NCBI GenBank assembly: GCA_030835405.1
Contig: JAURPG010000065.1
Span: 1,505 to 65,504, forward strand
DNA: 64,000 nt
Source of the DNA: Gammaproteobacteria bacterium
Lineage (GTDB): Bacteria > Pseudomonadota > Gammaproteobacteria > Eutrophobiales > Eutrophobiaceae
Direction of reading: 5' to 3'
The notes below the pieces were generated by a model that did no database searches, was not told the DNA's origin, and saw only the letters and a program-made list of their open reading frames with translations. Shown one piece after another: positions 1 through 9,504 of the stretch. Every line of letters begins with the position of its first letter. Positions within the stretch are counted from its first letter, which is position 1. A program made the position numbers and the translations under genes.

Positions 1-2
1 GC

Positions 3-719
3 CGGGTTCGTTATCAGGCTACCCTGTTCCGCGTCGACTTCGATGACCTCATCGCTACCACGGTGACCTCTGTGGGTGGGGATAACTTTAGTACCACAGT
101 GATCAATATCGGTAAGCAACGTGCCCAGGGGTTTGAGCTGAGCGGTCAGTTTGTCGCCACAGACCAGTTGTCCTTTGGCTATAACCTGTCCTACCTGGAC
201 AGTAAGTTCACCTTCTTTCCCAATGCTAACTGTACCGAGCACGAGGTTCGTACGGCCGCTGAGTCAGGTTGTGAATTTTTTGAAGATGATGGAACTCCTC
301 TGCCCATTGGCACCGATCCGGACGATATCGATGTTGCCGTTATTGACCGCGCCGGGCAACCGGCGGCCTTTGCACCCAAATTCGGTTTTACCTTAACTAC
401 CGATTACTGGATGCCATTCAAGGGCTACAAGGTGGATACCGGGGCAACCTTGACCTATCAGACCCAGTATTTCACGGACTTTCGTGAGTTTGACAAGGCG
501 AATATCCAGAATGCGGCGGCGGATCTCAACCTGCACCTGGGTATCGGTGACATGAACGATAAGTGGCGTGTGGGACTGGCTTTTCGAAACCTGCTGGAAC
601 CCAGACAAACCTTCCGACCAGAATTTACTTCTGGTATAGCGGAATTGGGTACGGAAAACCTGAGGACCAACCAGGTCAGATCCTTTGCGCTGACGTTTAA
701 ATATAACTTCTTTGAATAA
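3..719 (+). CDS. TonB-dependent outer-membrane receptor, C-terminal fragment (5' end outside window)
   Basis: The frame is open from the window edge. The beta-barrel C-terminal sequence ends 'FALTFKYNFFE'. A rho-independent terminator follows. Confidence 0.55.
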   Translation, partial: RVRYQATLFRVDFDDLIATTVTSVGGDNFSTTVINIGKQRAQGFELSGQFVATDQLSFGYNLSYLDSKFTFFPNANCTEHEVRTAAESGCEFFEDDGTPLPIGTDPDDIDVAVIDRAGQPAAFAPKFGFTLTTDYWMPFKGYKVDTGATLTYQTQYFTDFREFDKANIQNAAADLNLHLGIGDMNDKWRVGLAFRNLLEPRQTFRPEFTSGIAELGTENLRTNQVRSFALTFKYNFFE

Positions 720-736
720 ATAGTAGATTAACTAAC

Positions 737-770
737 GGGGTATCCCTTTTAGGGGTACCCCGTTTTTTTT
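737..770 (+). terminator. rho-independent terminator (GGGGTA..TACCCC stem + T9)
   Basis: A GC-rich inverted repeat is followed by 9 T directly after the stop at 719. Confidence 0.7.
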
Positions 771-808
771 TGCCTTGAAGTTGTGGTGACTAAAATGAAT
801 TATTTATT

Positions 809-1366
809 CTAGTTGTTGGCAGGGACTTCCCAGTAAAACACTTCGTGGATAAAAAAATTACCGTTGTTGTTCATTACTACCTGTTGATACCGGATGGGTT
901 GCCAGTCCCCCATGGAAAACATATGTGAGACGATCTTTGTTCCCGGCTTTAGCTTTAACAGGGTAGGGCGCAGCTTTAAATTAACTTCCTCGTTAAGAAA
1001 CAGGGTAATCACAGTCGCCTCGCTCAAATCCGATTTAAACAGGTCTTGTTCAATAAACTGAAGTTTGTCATCAACACCCTCACTAATGGCATTTTGTTTC
1101 GCTTCTGTTATACGTGCTGGATCCAGATCAATTCCCACACCGGTTGCCCCTCGTTTGCCCGCCGCTATTACAATCCTGCCATCCCCCGTACCCAGATCGA
1201 TGACATGATCATCAGGGCCAATCTCAGCGATGTTCATCATTATCTCAACCAGTTCAGGCGGGGTCTCGACATAGGGAACATCCAGCTCGACTGCCTTGGT
1301 CTGCATCGTAGCAGACAGAAGATATGTAAACAGGAGATAATTAATAATTTTTGTTGGCATTTTCAT
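809..1366 (-). CDS. secreted class I SAM-dependent methyltransferase
   Basis: Motif I 'VIDLGTGDGRIVIAAGKRG' is present. The N-terminus is signal-peptide-like. The start was moved to the internal M (MKMPTK) to avoid overlap with the divergent gene. Confidence 0.6.
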   Translation of the reverse strand: MKMPTKIINYLLFTYLLSATMQTKAVELDVPYVETPPELVEIMMNIAEIGPDDHVIDLGTGDGRIVIAAGKRGATGVGIDLDPARITEAKQNAISEGVDDKLQFIEQDLFKSDLSEATVITLFLNEEVNLKLRPTLLKLKPGTKIVSHMFSMGDWQPIRYQQVVMNNNGNFFIHEVFYWEVPANN

Positions 1367-1421
1367 AATTTCTTCAACTACTGAATGATCAGGTAAGGTA
1401 GTATGGTTTAATTTTAATTTA

Positions 1422-3569
1422 ATGGAAACCTGGACGAATATGTTAAGTATCAAGCTATTTAGTATAAATAAAAAAATATTTTTTTGTTTGATAGTCTGCT
1501 TTTACGTGAATACAGTATTTGCAGATCAACATGTATTAACTGCTGGCAACGAAAGTGATGAGATCGTGTCCTATCCGTCCAGTTTCTTTCAGCGCTATCA
1601 ACCAAACACTGCCCTGGATATGGTGAATGTCCTGCCCGGATTTCAGATAGATGAGGGCGAAGACAAGCGGGGTTTTGGTGGGGCCACCGGGAATATTTTA
1701 ATTAACGACCGCAGACCCAGCGCCAAACAGGATTTGATTTCCACTATTCTTAATCGTATTCCTGCCAGTAATGTGGAGAGTATCGAAGTCATACGCGGTC
1801 AGGTACGCGGGATTGACCTTGGTGGCTACGCCATTGTTGCTAATGTCAACCTGATAGAAGGCTCAGGTCCATCGGTGCAATGGAATATGTTTGTAGAAAG
1901 GAACCTGGAACCCAAACCTTATGGCCCTGGTGGTAACATATCTCTGACCAACCGTTGGCAGGACATTGATTATAATCTCGGTTTTGAGACTCGTCGGATT
2001 ATTCATGGTGATGTGGGGACAGATGAATTGTTGAATCTAGACAGGACCTTAACCGAATTACGTACTGATGACGTGCTGAATAAAGGCTGGGAGTTTTATC
2101 TTAACTTAAATGCGGCCACAGAAATCAATGACACCCTGCTGCAGACCAATCTCAAGCTTGGTGATATCAGTACGGATGCAGACCTGGTATCCAATCGTGT
2201 GCCGCAATTACCGGGCTTGCCGGCCAGGGATGAATTATTCCTGGATGAAATCGAAACACGTCAATTTGAATTTGGGCTGGATGCAGAACGGTATCTGTCT
2301 GAACACCTGAGTGGTAAGGCCATCCTGCTGTTTACGCGGCAGCGTGATGGCGAAGTCTCCACCCAGAGGACCCTGAGTACCCTTGGGACCCAGACAGCCA
2401 TTCGCACCGCTACCAGTAGAAACGTCAGCAAGGAACTGATAGGACGATTAGAGATGGACTGGACAGGTATCGATAACCACACCGTCCAGGTCAACCTGGA
2501 AGGGGCATTTAATTTGCTGGATGGTGAGTTGCAACAAACCGAAGATACCGGGGGTGGTCTGGTAAATGTCCCTGTCCCGGGTGCCAATACCCGGGTCGAA
2601 GAGACCCGGGGTGATTTTGTCATCAAGGACAACTGGAATATTGGCCATCTTGAACTGGTCTATGGCCTCGGGCTTGAAGTATCCACGATCAACCAGACAG
2701 GTGATACTGAGCTTGAACGCAATTTTACGTTTATTAAACCCGATATGTTAATGACATACTCATCTTCCCAACAGCAGCAATACCGATTACGTATTGCCAG
2801 GGAGGTCTCGCAATTAAATTTTGATGACTTTGTCAGTTCAACCGTGTTTGAAGATGATGACCTGGCATTGGGTAACCCCGATTTAAAACCCGAGGCAACC
2901 TGGGTGGCCGAGATATCCCATGAACGCCGGTTTGGTGAATTTACTGTGGTGACCCTCAGGGCCTTTCATGACTGGATATCGGATGTGGAAGACCTCCTGC
3001 CGCTGTCTGATACCTTTGAAGCGCCCGGTAATATCGGTAATGGTCGTCGCTGGGGGATAGAATTTGAAGGGACCTTCCCTCTTGACTGGCTTGCCCTGGC
3101 CGGTGCCAGGCTGGACGTTAAGGCCAGATGGCAGGATTCTACCGTGACCGATCCCGTTACCGGGAATCAGCGGGTACTCTCCAGTAACAGTCAATTTGGT
3201 GTACCCAGTGATTTTGCCTATTTGCGAAATGAAAATAAATTTGCCCTGGCCGTAGATTTTCGCCAGGATTTTGAAGTATCACGTATCGCCTGGGGCTGGA
3301 GCCTACAGACTCGAACCCGCCGGCCATTCTATCGGGTCAATGAGTTAGAAGCTTTAAATGAGAGTGCTGAAGTGAATACCTTTGTTGAGATCACGAGATG
3401 GTTCGGGATAAAGGTCCGTTTTGAAATAAATCGCTTATTTGATGTGATTGATAGCCGTGATCGTACCTTGTATACCGTTCGTAGAGACCTGTCTCCTGTG
3501 GATGGGTTTATTGAACGTAGAAGGGACGGGGGCAGGGAGTTGGTGTTGAGATTGAGTGGAACGTTTTAA
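1422..3569 (+). CDS. TonB-dependent receptor
   Basis: A plug domain (..FQIDEGEDKRGFGGATGNILINDRRP..IEVIRG) is followed by a long beta-barrel with a C-terminal 'RLSGTF'. A signal peptide is present; the true start may be M7 (MLSIKLF). Confidence 0.8.
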   Translation: METWTNMLSIKLFSINKKIFFCLIVCFYVNTVFADQHVLTAGNESDEIVSYPSSFFQRYQPNTALDMVNVLPGFQIDEGEDKRGFGGATGNILINDRRPSAKQDLISTILNRIPASNVESIEVIRGQVRGIDLGGYAIVANVNLIEGSGPSVQWNMFVERNLEPKPYGPGGNISLTNRWQDIDYNLGFETRRIIHGDVGTDELLNLDRTLTELRTDDVLNKGWEFYLNLNAATEINDTLLQTNLKLGDISTDADLVSNRVPQLPGLPARDELFLDEIETRQFEFGLDAERYLSEHLSGKAILLFTRQRDGEVSTQRTLSTLGTQTAIRTATSRNVSKELIGRLEMDWTGIDNHTVQVNLEGAFNLLDGELQQTEDTGGGLVNVPVPGANTRVEETRGDFVIKDNWNIGHLELVYGLGLEVSTINQTGDTELERNFTFIKPDMLMTYSSSQQQQYRLRIAREVSQLNFDDFVSSTVFEDDDLALGNPDLKPEATWVAEISHERRFGEFTVVTLRAFHDWISDVEDLLPLSDTFEAPGNIGNGRRWGIEFEGTFPLDWLALAGARLDVKARWQDSTVTDPVTGNQRVLSSNSQFGVPSDFAYLRNENKFALAVDFRQDFEVSRIAWGWSLQTRTRRPFYRVNELEALNESAEVNTFVEITRWFGIKVRFEINRLFDVIDSRDRTLYTVRRDLSPVDGFIERRRDGGRELVLRLSGTF

Positions 3570-3805
3570 ATAAGGTGAAACGTAAGACGTAAAACGATAG
3601 CAGAAAGTGGAAAATTAAAAAATGTTCCGTCATTCTGGTGAATGCCAGAATCCAGTAAACAAAGGGCGCCCTTTGGGCACAGATTAAATTTGACTGGATT
3701 CCGGATATTTGCTGCGCAAATTCCGGAATGACGACACAGAATTTTCAGGTTAAGAAATACTATTTATATTTAATAAATTTCTTTACACTCTTAACTTTGA
3801 ACCTT

Positions 3806-5623
3806 TTACTTACTCAAATACTCATTCGTGCCATCAAAGATACTGTTGGCCCAGTCGATCCAGTGAGTACCCGGATCCGAGGCGTAGTCATCATTGTAAT
3901 TCCCGGGGGTGGTAATACCGGGTAGTTCCGGTATCCAGTCGCGGCGCAGGATATCATCAGGGTTACCATATCGTGAGGCAATGGCACGGACCTCCGGGTC
4001 TCGGCTGGCCATGATCTGGCCGTGTTCAATGGCGATGACCCAGTTGCCGCTGTCTCTAAGACGCATCTGGTAGGTGGGCATCAACACATGGTTGTGCATG
4101 GCATGGCCAATAGGCAGATTATTTTCCTTTCCAAACTCGAGGGCCGATGGTGAGCGGGCGGATTTTTCCTTGTCCACTTCAGGTCCGTTTTTGACCTCTG
4201 CACCAAACGACCAGTGGATGACCCCGCCGGCATTACGTTCCGACAGATTACTGCCGATGAGCATTTCTCCAGGGTGTTTGAAATACTTGGGATTGGTCCC
4301 GGTACCGGCTTCAAACAGCCACCAGAATCCGGGGTTCTTCTGAAACGGCCAAGTGGTCTCATTAATATTCGGGTAACTCAGCCATAACCGGAATCCATCC
4401 CCATAGAGTCCACCGCCCTTAATCTTTTTAACATAGCCATTTTCAAAATGGATCTCCATCCTGGGGTGGTTGGAGGCATGGCTGTTGCTGGAGGCAATGA
4501 TGCCGTTTGCCGTGGTGACCTGTATCGGAGGCAACCACTTGTTTTCCTGAACAGGATATTGAATAAACGAAAACGGGTAGATGCCTGATGATTGCGAAGG
4601 GATCATAAAGATATGTCCCTGCAGGTAGGAACCCTGGCTCCAGATGCTGGCCTCTTCCGGTGTCAGTTCAAAGTAAAAGACACTGCCTTCAGGATCAGTA
4701 ACTTCTACCCTGTCCGTATAGGCCATAGGCTCGATCATCTTGCCCTCTATCATGCGCCAGACGTCTGATGGATAGGCGGGTACCTTGCTCATAATGTCGA
4801 AATTATTCAGGTAGGTGTAATTGCCCACCATCTTGGTGGCATGATGCTTGAGGGCATGCATGGCAAACGGTCGGCCACCGGTGCGCCAGAAGATCTTGTT
4901 TACTTCTGGATGGTCATCCAGGTATTGGACCACGGCAGCGTTCACCAGGGATGGGTAGTTCTTTGCCAGGTTTGCCAGGCGGTCATTGGGATATTCAAAC
5001 TGTGGCCAGGTGGCATCGGCCAGCTCCGGGTCTTTCTCCCGGGTCCATGCCACCGCGGCATCCCAGTTCTCAAAGGCACCGGTGGTGCGCAGGTAATTCA
5101 ACTCCTGTTGACCATCTCCAGCCTTGAAGACATTTTTTATTTCCTGAATGGTCTCCAGGTCTTCCTTGGATATTCCTGCCAGTTCATATTCAAATATAAA
5201 ACGTACTTCAACACGACGTTCATTAAAGGCCCGTGTTACCGCTTCTGTGACCATGGGATCAGCGTGATGAGGTAAGGGGATAAAGACAATATCACCGGGC
5301 TCCACCAATCCAAGCGGTGCCCGCCCGCCTTTTTGCGATACCGCATACCGGGCCTGTGGCATCAGGTCTTCAATATTATCAGGCTTCTTCAGGTAGCCGG
5401 GAAATCTTGCTTCTGGATAAGGCGTCGTAGTCCCCGGCCCTATCAAACCCACTTCCTGACGACGTTTTTCCAGGTCAGCCGGGTCCCAGGGGGCATACAC
5501 CAGGTTTCGCTCTTCAATGCTCATCTGTTGTTGCTCGGGAGTTAGATGATTATCAGCAAACGAGCCAAAGCTTAGTGTGCTAAAAACCAAAAAGCCTAAC
5601 AAGGTTGTAATGTTATGGTTCAT
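3806..5623 (-). CDS. secreted hypothetical protein (paralog A of a ~600-aa family; His-rich conserved motifs)
   Basis: It has a signal peptide. It is ~55-60% identical to the protein at 9505..11310 (shared motifs YAPW(D/N)PAD, PYPEARFP, GGVIHWSFG, YGNPDD). No recognisable catalytic family. Confidence 0.7.
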   Translation of the reverse strand: MNHNITTLLGFLVFSTLSFGSFADNHLTPEQQQMSIEERNLVYAPWDPADLEKRRQEVGLIGPGTTTPYPEARFPGYLKKPDNIEDLMPQARYAVSQKGGRAPLGLVEPGDIVFIPLPHHADPMVTEAVTRAFNERRVEVRFIFEYELAGISKEDLETIQEIKNVFKAGDGQQELNYLRTTGAFENWDAAVAWTREKDPELADATWPQFEYPNDRLANLAKNYPSLVNAAVVQYLDDHPEVNKIFWRTGGRPFAMHALKHHATKMVGNYTYLNNFDIMSKVPAYPSDVWRMIEGKMIEPMAYTDRVEVTDPEGSVFYFELTPEEASIWSQGSYLQGHIFMIPSQSSGIYPFSFIQYPVQENKWLPPIQVTTANGIIASSNSHASNHPRMEIHFENGYVKKIKGGGLYGDGFRLWLSYPNINETTWPFQKNPGFWWLFEAGTGTNPKYFKHPGEMLIGSNLSERNAGGVIHWSFGAEVKNGPEVDKEKSARSPSALEFGKENNLPIGHAMHNHVLMPTYQMRLRDSGNWVIAIEHGQIMASRDPEVRAIASRYGNPDDILRRDWIPELPGITTPGNYNDDYASDPGTHWIDWANSIFDGTNEYLSK

Positions 5624-5660
5624 GTGACTTGCCTCCCGGCAGATATTGGTACGATTAATA

Positions 5661-6359
5661 TTATTGACTTAAGACCTGAGATTCAAACTTGCCGTCGCGC
5701 ATCCGGTAGGTATGGGGAAAGGTATCGGCCATTTTCTGATCATGGGTGGCGACCACCACGGTTTTACCCTGTTCTTTTGCCAGTGAAATCAGTAAGTTAG
5801 TAATGGTCTCCATGTTCTTCACGTCCAGATTACCGGTGGGTTCATCGGCGAGAATTAAATCCGGGTCATTCACCAGGGCAAGACATACTGCAACCCGTTG
5901 TTGTTCCCCACCACTGAGTTCTTCAGGGCGCTTGTGACCTTTCTCTCCCAGACCAACCGCATCCAGTAGTTCCTGGGCCTTTTTTAAACGTTCTTCTTTA
6001 GGAATTTCCGCCAGAACCATGGGCAGCTCCAGATTTTCAATGGCGGTCAATGAAGGCACCAGATTAAAAAATTGAAAGATAAAACCGACTTTTTTTAGTC
6101 TGTATAATTCTGCTTCACGCTCACTCATACGGGTGACGTCCTGACCATCCACCAGGATCTTGCCGTTGGTGGCATGGTCCATGGATCCCATTAGATTTAA
6201 CAGCGTGGTCTTGCCGCAACCGCTGGGCCCCATAATGGCAATGGCCTCACCGCGTTTAATCTCCCAGGAGATTTCTTTCAATGCCTGGACTTCACCGGCA
6301 GCGGTATTATATTTTTTTACCACCTTGTTTACTTCAATCATGACGTCTGAATCGCTCAT
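5661..6359 (-). CDS. ABC transporter ATP-binding protein, LolD/MacB family
   Basis: Walker A 'GPSGCGKTT', signature '[10 protein letters not shown]', Walker B '[11 protein letters not shown]'. Confidence 0.9.
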   Translation of the reverse strand: MSDSDVMIEVNKVVKKYNTAAGEVQALKEISWEIKRGEAIAIMGPSGCGKTTLLNLMGSMDHATNGKILVDGQDVTRMSEREAELYRLKKVGFIFQFFNLVPSLTAIENLELPMVLAEIPKEERLKKAQELLDAVGLGEKGHKRPEELSGGEQQRVAVCLALVNDPDLILADEPTGNLDVKNMETITNLLISLAKEQGKTVVVATHDQKMADTFPHTYRMRDGKFESQVLSQ

Positions 6360-6387
6360 ACTATTTTCCTGAATTATATTAAGTTAA

Positions 6388-9366
6388 CTAGTTATCACTA
6401 AGGCCTTCACGGACGGATTTGTTAAATACCCAGCGGCTGAATATCAGGCCAACTACCGTGATGATGCCAAACAGTAACATGCCGATAATAAAGGTAAGCT
6501 GCGAGACATCTATTTGGGTGGCAAGATACAGAAGGATATTCTTGACCTCTCGTAACTCCCAGACCAGGTTGGTGATACCAAAACCAACAATTAATGATAC
6601 GGCGATACCCAAGGCCAGACCGATATAAGAGGGCGCGAATATACCTGAGCCAAAAAAACGCAACATGTGTCCTGGGTTCGCACCTCGAATCCTTAACAAG
6701 CCCAGGGTGCGGCGGTCCTCCATGTAATTGGTATAGGCCACAGACAGGATGCCAATGATAGCCAGTAGCAGGCCGCCAAATAAATAGATCTGAACGTTTT
6801 GTCTGGCGAGGAAGATATACATATCACTGCCAATCTTGCTGATTTCTTCGTTAAATGTTCGAACATTGGAAGGCTCAATTCCGATGGCACGGATGATATT
6901 CTGGCTGACCTCATAAGGATCACTACCCGGTGCTATATCAATAGCAAACTGTGCACCGGAAATTAATACATCCAGGTCGTTTAAGTTTTCCTGGTTGGGG
7001 TCTGCCACCATATAGGCATTATTGGAGAACAGGTAATTGACATAGTCCACCCTGGCGGTATCGAAAGATTCCCGGTCACTGACAGATACCAGGGGGCTGC
7101 CCGGCAGGTACCAGACACCACCAGCGACGGTAGCATTAACCATGTCAGTACCATTTGTCTGTCTACCCAGTAGGGTGGATTCCCCCGGGGCCTTCTTGGT
7201 GAACTCGGCAACAGCATTGGACATGATGATATTGCCCTGGGGTAACTTCGAGATTAAATCTGAAAACTGCCTTTGCTGGGCAAGGGATTCTTCATAATAG
7301 ACGGCATCCAGGTAGTCATCATTGTCAGGGACGAAATATATTGGCAGGCCGTTAAATCCATAACCGGGCATATAGACACCATCGGAAACCCCGTCGAAAA
7401 GCGTCCATTTAACCTCGTTGACACCATCGGCTGATTTCATTTTTTCAATCAGGGCCGGAATTTCGGCTTTGATCGCCTGGTATTGCACTCCAATACCACC
7501 ACTGGCCAGGAGTTCATTGCTAACAATGTCCGAGGCATTTAATGTCAACTGGACATCAGACCCCACCTGGACCCGGGTCCCGCGTTCGATCTTGTTATCA
7601 AATACCGCCGTCATGACAGTGGGATAAAGACCAATCGTAGTCATCATGGCAACAATCAGAAGAAAACCTGCGACCCGCTGTGGTTTGGTGGATATGTGTT
7701 TTAGTGTCAGGTGCCGAAGTGAACCACCAATAATGGAAACGATGACTTGTAAGATATGGTTCATAATGACCTTTCGTGACACCAGGAAGGTCACCAGTCC
7801 ATAAACAAACAGGGGGAAACCGGCAAAGTCTAGGATCTGGTCAATGCTCACCAGCCATTTCGATTCAGAGCCTGCAGAAATTGAATAGCTGAAAATCCAG
7901 CCCAGGATCTTATATGAGCCGAGTACCAGGGCCATGAAGCCTGCAAATCCAAATTTGACGCCGGCTTGTTTTGTTTCTGATGCCACTACCCGGCCTGATG
8001 CTTCAAGGGGAGATATGCGTGACGCATACTTCACCAGTTTTCGACTGACGGCCAGGGCGACAATCACACCAATAACAATAAATGTCAGCAGGATATAAGG
8101 TTGTTGGACGATAAGTATTATATTCATTGGCAGCATTCCACCTTCATAAAAGAAGATGGGCACTACGGTCCCAACCAAAGCACCTACAATGCCACCGAGC
8201 AGGGCGCCACTGCCAATAGACAGTTGCAGGGCCCTGCCCATTGCCTTGCCCGAGGCCCCCCTGAGGCGCATAAGCCCGAATTTTCGTCTTTCATTCAGGA
8301 GTAACATCCCGGTAAGGTTGGCCATGAGGATCCAGCCTACCCAGATCAAAGGCAAGGCAATAAGCAGACTGATCAGGCCGACCTTTTGTGCTGTGTCATT
8401 CATCCTCTCCAGCAGGACTTTGGTGGAATTATCTATAAAGACCCGGGGGCCTATGGTAAACGTACGTTCATTCAGAAAGTTTTCTAGTATCTCCAGCTTG
8501 GCAAGCGACCCTTCTATGTCCCATCCTGAAATCTGATTTTCATAATCAATCTCAAGCAAATGAATGATGTCTGGAAAATAATTTCCTGCCTCCTCGTGCA
8601 TATCACCATCATCATGTATGGTAACGATTCCCCTTGCCAGGGCATCAAACCGGCGAATGATATTTTCATTGTAAGGTATGACCAGGATTGCCCCGATCTC
8701 TGGGATCAATGACGGTGAACTGGTCTGTTCCAGGAACCAGCGATTCAGGTCCTTACGCTCAATACGGATAGTACGTTCCAGTTCCATTTTAAACACACTG
8801 ATACTCCTGAGCTCTTCTTCAGTATCTTCATGTTCTTCATCTACCTCGGTCCCATAGGGGTCCAGGGAATGGTGGTTTTCAATCTTTAATTCAAAATGTT
8901 TACGGTTCTGTAACTCGGCATAGGCGTTGCCCATTTGTGACTTGGTACCTACCAGGGCAAACACGGCCTTGTCAGCGGAGGGACGTATATCAAGCGGCAG
9001 GGTACTGGTATCGGTAACAGTGAGCAGGGACAACCAGGGCATACGAATGGGCTGGCCATCAATGTATGCCACATCTTCGCTGGTCAGGGAATTCCTCAGA
9101 AATATCAGGTTATTGTGTTTGCTGATGCCTTCTGTTGTCCTAAGTGCCCTTGATACTTCCGGGATGGCCTGGACATCACCACTTTGATACCCGGAGATGT
9201 CCCAGGCGATGCGATCCAGCTGGTCCTCTACATATTTTTTCAGGGCAAACCGTGAGGCAATATTGACTGATGCCAGGATCGCTACAATTAAAAATGTGAC
9301 TAATGCAAATACGGCAAAGGAACGCTTCCCCAGGATCTTTGCAAGGTAAAGACTATGACTGCTCAG
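6388..9366 (-). CDS. ABC transporter permease with two FtsX domains (YbbP/MacB-type)
   Basis: Two 4-TM FtsX modules with large periplasmic domains. The reading frame and typical N-terminal TM helix 'SHSLYLAKILGKRSFAVFALVTFLIVAILASVN' continue upstream of the first ATG (9072). The only NTG after the RBS GGGAGA is CTG at 9366. Confidence 0.75.
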   Translation of the reverse strand: MSSHSLYLAKILGKRSFAVFALVTFLIVAILASVNIASRFALKKYVEDQLDRIAWDISGYQSGDVQAIPEVSRALRTTEGISKHNNLIFLRNSLTSEDVAYIDGQPIRMPWLSLLTVTDTSTLPLDIRPSADKAVFALVGTKSQMGNAYAELQNRKHFELKIENHHSLDPYGTEVDEEHEDTEEELRSISVFKMELERTIRIERKDLNRWFLEQTSSPSLIPEIGAILVIPYNENIIRRFDALARGIVTIHDDGDMHEEAGNYFPDIIHLLEIDYENQISGWDIEGSLAKLEILENFLNERTFTIGPRVFIDNSTKVLLERMNDTAQKVGLISLLIALPLIWVGWILMANLTGMLLLNERRKFGLMRLRGASGKAMGRALQLSIGSGALLGGIVGALVGTVVPIFFYEGGMLPMNIILIVQQPYILLTFIVIGVIVALAVSRKLVKYASRISPLEASGRVVASETKQAGVKFGFAGFMALVLGSYKILGWIFSYSISAGSESKWLVSIDQILDFAGFPLFVYGLVTFLVSRKVIMNHILQVIVSIIGGSLRHLTLKHISTKPQRVAGFLLIVAMMTTIGLYPTVMTAVFDNKIERGTRVQVGSDVQLTLNASDIVSNELLASGGIGVQYQAIKAEIPALIEKMKSADGVNEVKWTLFDGVSDGVYMPGYGFNGLPIYFVPDNDDYLDAVYYEESLAQQRQFSDLISKLPQGNIIMSNAVAEFTKKAPGESTLLGRQTNGTDMVNATVAGGVWYLPGSPLVSVSDRESFDTARVDYVNYLFSNNAYMVADPNQENLNDLDVLISGAQFAIDIAPGSDPYEVSQNIIRAIGIEPSNVRTFNEEISKIGSDMYIFLARQNVQIYLFGGLLLAIIGILSVAYTNYMEDRRTLGLLRIRGANPGHMLRFFGSGIFAPSYIGLALGIAVSLIVGFGITNLVWELREVKNILLYLATQIDVSQLTFIIGMLLFGIITVVGLIFSRWVFNKSVREGLSDN

Positions 9367-9504
9367 CTTACTTCTCCCTTTTATAATTATTGGTTTCTAC
9401 CTTCGTCATTTCGGAAAGTCCGAAGGACTTATCCGGTATCCAGTAAATTAAATAACTGCCCGTAGGGCAGACAAAATGTTTGTTTTATTATTTTCGATCC
9501 TGAG

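Noticed and set aside
151-4362. Short ORFs antisense or off-frame within the TonB receptor, paralog and permease genes (e.g. 151..396, 2261..2632, 4081..4362, 6981..7217, 8156..8536).
   Set aside because: Each is fully embedded in a longer ORF with clear homology on the other strand or frame. None has RBS or domain support.
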